DNA of 58,192 nucleotides. Origin: Pocillopora damicornis. Taxonomy: Eukaryota. The stretch is from NCBI RefSeq assembly GCF_003704095.1, contig NW_020847586.1, positions 434,001 through 492,192 of the forward strand, written 5' to 3'. A program made the position numbers and the translations under genes. Numbering within the stretch: position 1 is the stretch's first letter; each line of letters starts with the position of its first letter. This document shows, piece after piece, positions 54,103-58,192 of this stretch. The notes below the pieces were generated by a model that saw nothing but the letters and a program-made list of their open reading frames with translations, was not told where the DNA came from and made no database searches.

Positions 54103-54328
54103 GCACAGAATGTTGTAGATTGGTTTGGTCGTCATTGCCAAATAAAGCACTAAAATTGAAAATTTCAAGACGTTCGGGATTTCCTTTCGCCCCGACAACC
54201 GTCATTGTTTTCATGTGACGTAATCCGAAAGCTAAAGTAAATACATCTTCAAATCAATCATAGTCACCTTCATAACCTCAGAGTTGAATGAAAGCGTCAC
54301 CCTCACGCAAGGCTAAGAAGGGTGAAAC

Positions 54329-57300
54329 ATGGCGCTCTTTGCTTTTGTAGCACTTGCTTTGACCTCACTTGCCTTTAGCGAGATCAGTGCAACCTCAAAT
54401 ACTACCCTAAAATCTTCAGACGGCGCCTATAAACTGCAATGGAGATACAACAACAGCCAGTTGATTTTCACTCTCACTTGTGAAACAACCGGTTATTGCG
54501 CGGTGGCGTTTAGTGAAACAGCCGATGGCAAAAACATGGTTAGATATGATATAGCCGTGACAGGATATGCCTCTGGCGCTGGATATGTAGATGTGAGTAA
54601 ATCTGCAATATTTTTCCTTATCAGTTCGTTTTTTTTTATTATTATTTTTGTTTAACACATAAACGTTTGCGTATATTTTGCCAAAATGCTTTAGCAGGCA
54701 TTGAGATCACGCACGAATAGTAAAATAATCCTTACAGCCCGTATTGAAATCAATAACAAATGAAAACCATATATAAAAAAAAAACCGACATTAAGTCTTT
54801 CTTAGACTTCAGTCGTGTTCTGAGCGAGTTCATTAAAGGTTCTCAAGCTTTGTCAGTTAATTGATATCTCCCCAGGGGGTTGTGTTTAAAGGTGCTCTCA
54901 GGTCTCCACCTGGTCTTTATTTGGCTTAGTGCATTCTCCGGAAAGTCTTCCTTTAAGTTGAGTTCAATACAATAAAAAGAAAAGTGAAAAAAATTATTAA
55001 ACTCTGAAAAATGTACTGTTAAGTTCGGCGAGCTGGTTTGTGACTCCTTAAGTCGCACAAAAAACTTTTCTTTATTAAATTATAAGAAGTGAATATATTA
55101 TACTCCATTCCTTTGTTATTCTAATGTTTCCTAGGAGCTCATCTTTTACATTTTCTTAACAATGCATAACTCGCGTATTAAGATTTTTCCATAGGATTAT
55201 CTAGAAGGACTCTAGATCTGACTGCGTTGTATTAAAAATTCAAAAATATCCTGACCCTTCTGGTTTGCCCTTACTGTCTCGAAGCGGACATGGCTCTTTC
55301 CAAAAGGCTTTTAAAAAATTTGAAAGCCTTTTTTGACTTAAAAATATGTGCCTACTTATTCTGGTTATAATCTCAACCCTACGCGATATTGAGGGACTTG
55401 TACAAAAGAGTTCATAAAACTGCCGACGCGACATCCTTAAAGACCGATCAGTATTTATTTACACGGGGTGACAATAGTTTTTGTTTCTTTATTGCAAGAT
55501 TAGATGTTACTTTCCAGTGGACAAATAAAGGGGGAAAGGAAATTAGTGCGAGTTTTTGTTGCTAAGTTATCAACCAAAATACAAACAAAAAGACAGAAAG
55601 AAGGAGCGAGAAAACAAAATATGTTGTTTGCGTTATTTGACCACGACCCAGTAAGAAATGTTCTTCTACGAAATAATTCGTTCCTGTCTTTCAGAGACAA
55701 TTTTGATAGACCCATAGATTCCATTCCAATCAAATATCAGACTAGGAGAAAACAAATAATCATTCGAAAAATATTTGCCTTCAAGACGCCCGCGCCCTCG
55801 TTGATCACAATAAGAGGCAGATTGCTTGCATGTCTGGACATGTCACTCCATATTTAAAAAACAGACTAGCTGTATGTCAAGTTCTATGTCGCTTTAAAAT
55901 TGAGCTTTGCCTCGCGAAATCCGAAGGAATTTTGTACGAATTCTCTTGGTGAACTAATATCTTATTATCTTCCTCTGATTCGCTCTCGTGACGAAGTGAC
56001 AACATTTTTTTCCAAATGTGAGTATGGAATGTTTCTAGTCTGGTTATTTCACTGTAAGTGTCAATTATTGTGACCACATCGCGTGGTTGTTCGTATGAAA
56101 TTCACCGTGGGCAATCTTGCTAATTGACGGTCGACTTAAAATATTTCTAGTCGTAAAATTAGGTTTGTTTGGTATACTAGTTCCCCATTACTCACTGGCT
56201 GATAATTTTGTAGGAAACTATCTGACTCGCTACCTTTTCAACCAATCTAATGCGAAACCAAAACCAATCACGACTCAAGCACTCATTTTTTCCTGGGCTT
56301 TTAGCTGACTAGATATGATTTATTTGAGTTATCATTACCCTTCTTGTATCTTTTTCTTTCTTCTGATTGGCCGTCGTGAGTACGTTAAGTTTGGTTTTAC
56401 AATACTCAATCGACAAGATCTCTAATAAATAGAGATTTAGGGTGAAGTTTTCAGTGGAAGCATTTTTTTAATTCGAAGCATCATGGCAAATCTGAGGTGG
56501 TTGGACTTTGTTTTGACAGGATTACTGGAGCCAAGGGCCGGGACCGCCAACGAAAGATGTAGCACAAAATTACAAACTCATATCAGCCTCTGAGGTTGGT
56601 GGGAAGACTACCGTGGAGTTTTACAGGGATGCTGAGACGGGAGATGTCAAAGATGTCCAATTTAAGGTATTTATGACGATATTTAGTTGCGCGAAGATGA
56701 CAAAAGTGCTCTAAATTCGCCTTTTCTAGTTTGTATTTAGGTCGATTTGATATTCTTTTGTGCCAGAAAGCCGAGTTCATCGTAACTCGAAAAGGATTCG
56801 TAAGGTTGAATTACCACATGATTAAGATGAGCACTTTAAGTTTTAGACTGAGTGAAGCCATACCAGTAGATCAGGCGTAACAGTTCTTGTCGGGTCTGCT
56901 GAAATTTCCAGGCGTTGATACGACAGGATTTGCTTTCCGAATGTACAGATATTTGTCGTTTGAAAGAGATATCATGCCTAAAAAGCTTTTATAGGGAGAG
57001 GGGTGGGGAGGGCGGAAGTCTTTCAGGGGGGATGGGGGCGGCGTATCTCAGATTCCTCCCTCCCTGTCCAAAGAATACTTCGCAGAAAATATGGAAGAAA
57101 GATGTTCTTAGGGAACATGTCTGACCTGACAGACCACCATTGAACGCTTCCCCCCCTGCCCTCGACAAATTAAAACCTCGCCTAAGATATCTCAATCAAA
57201 CATCTTTTGATAAAATACTTTTGTTTTTCCTTTGTGCAGAATACTACTGAAGTTAAAGTAATATTTGCCTCGAAGGCCAACAGTGATGCAAACAATAATC

Positions 57301-57633
57301 GCTTGTCAAAACACGATAAGACCAAAATATTGGATGGGAAGTATAACTTGATTTCTTTAGCGATGGAACTTCCGCCGTTGCCATCAACAACAACCATACA
57401 ACCATCGGTAACAACGATGCCGACAAAAGAATCGGTGGCTCCCACGACTCCAATGGCTCCTCCAAAATATGCAAGTGTCATGTCTCCTGACGGCTCATTC
57501 AAACTCGAATGGACCTACAGTAACAGCAAGCTGATGTTCAAGATGACTTGTAAGACAACCGGTTGGTGTGCTGTAGGATTTACCACAACACCTGATGGAA
57601 GAGGCATGAAAAACTACGATATAGCGGTGGCTG
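54329..57633 (+). CDS. Secreted protein with at least two tandem DOMON domains (partial, continues into gap/beyond window)
   Basis: Exon 54329-54592: signal peptide plus YKLQWRY..LIFTLTCETTGYCAVAFS...MVRYDIAV. Exon 56520-56666: DYWSQGPGPPTKD..TTVEFYRDAETGDVKDVQF. Exon from 57240: ..VIFA..LSKH.., a Pro/Thr linker, then a second DOMON (FKLEWTY..TTGWCAVGF..GMKNYDIAV). Confidence 0.87.
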
Positions 57634-58069
57634 NNNNNNNNNNNNNNNNNNNNNNNNNNNNNNNNNNNNNNNNNNNNNNNNNNNNNNNNNNNNNNNNNNN
57701 NNNNNNNNNNNNNNNNNNNNNNNNNNNNNNNNNNNNNNNNNNNNNNNNNNNNNNNNNNNNNNNNNNNNNNNNNNNNNNNNNNNNNNNNNNNNNNNNNNNN
57801 NNNNNNNNNNNNNNNNNNNNNNNNNNNNNNNNNNNNNNNNNNNNNNNNNNNNNNNNNNNNNNNNNNNNNNNNNNNNNNNNNNNNNNNNNNNNNNNNNNNN
57901 NNNNNNNNNNNNNNNNNNNNNNNNNNNNNNNNNNNNNNNNNNNNNNNNNNNNNNNNNNNNNNNNNNNNNNNNNNNNNNNNNNNNNNNNNNNNNNNNNNNN
58001 NNNNNNNNNNNNNNNNNNNNNNNNNNNNNNNNNNNNNNNNNNNNNNNNNNNNNNNNNNNNNNNNNNNNN

Positions 58070-58192
58070 ACTGACTGACAGAGTGACTTACTGACTGACC
58101 GAATGGCTGACTAACTGACTCACGGAAAATTGACCGAGAGATTGACTCCATGAATGACTCATTGAGCTAATGACTCGCTGACGTATTGCTAA
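58070..58192. repeat. Degenerate (CTGA)n tetranucleotide repeat adjoining a gap
   Basis: actgactgacagagtgacttactgactgaccgaatggctgactaactgact... Confidence 0.7.

Overview
Intron-rich animal genomic DNA with assembly gaps. The repeat families and gene content suggest a cnidarian, probably a scleractinian coral (inference). I reconstructed nine spliced protein-coding genes from GT-AG junctions and conserved motifs: cathepsin C (5' part, -), PDHB (-) head-to-head with an ARF4-like class II Arf (+), a divergent pair of rolling stone-like membrane-protein paralogs, an ShKT + trypsin-type serine protease (+), an abLIM/UNC-115 actin-binding LIM protein (+), a type II membrane DUF229 protein with a 23-aa tandem-repeat stalk exon (+), and NAGK (-). 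A tenth, a secreted multi-DOMON protein (+), is head-to-head with NAGK and runs off the window. Introns carry TTAA-flanked piggyBac-like MITEs, palindromic MITEs, tRNA-derived SINE-like repeats, a LINE 3' end, and a Penelope-like fragment with a degenerate hammerhead ribozyme core. I found no prokaryotic-type system (CRISPR etc.). The most notable points are the DUF229 repeat stalk, the intronic hammerhead-like motif, an in-frame TGA in the protease's apparent signal-peptide exon, the missing first half of abLIM LIM1, and three tight bidirectional gene pairs.
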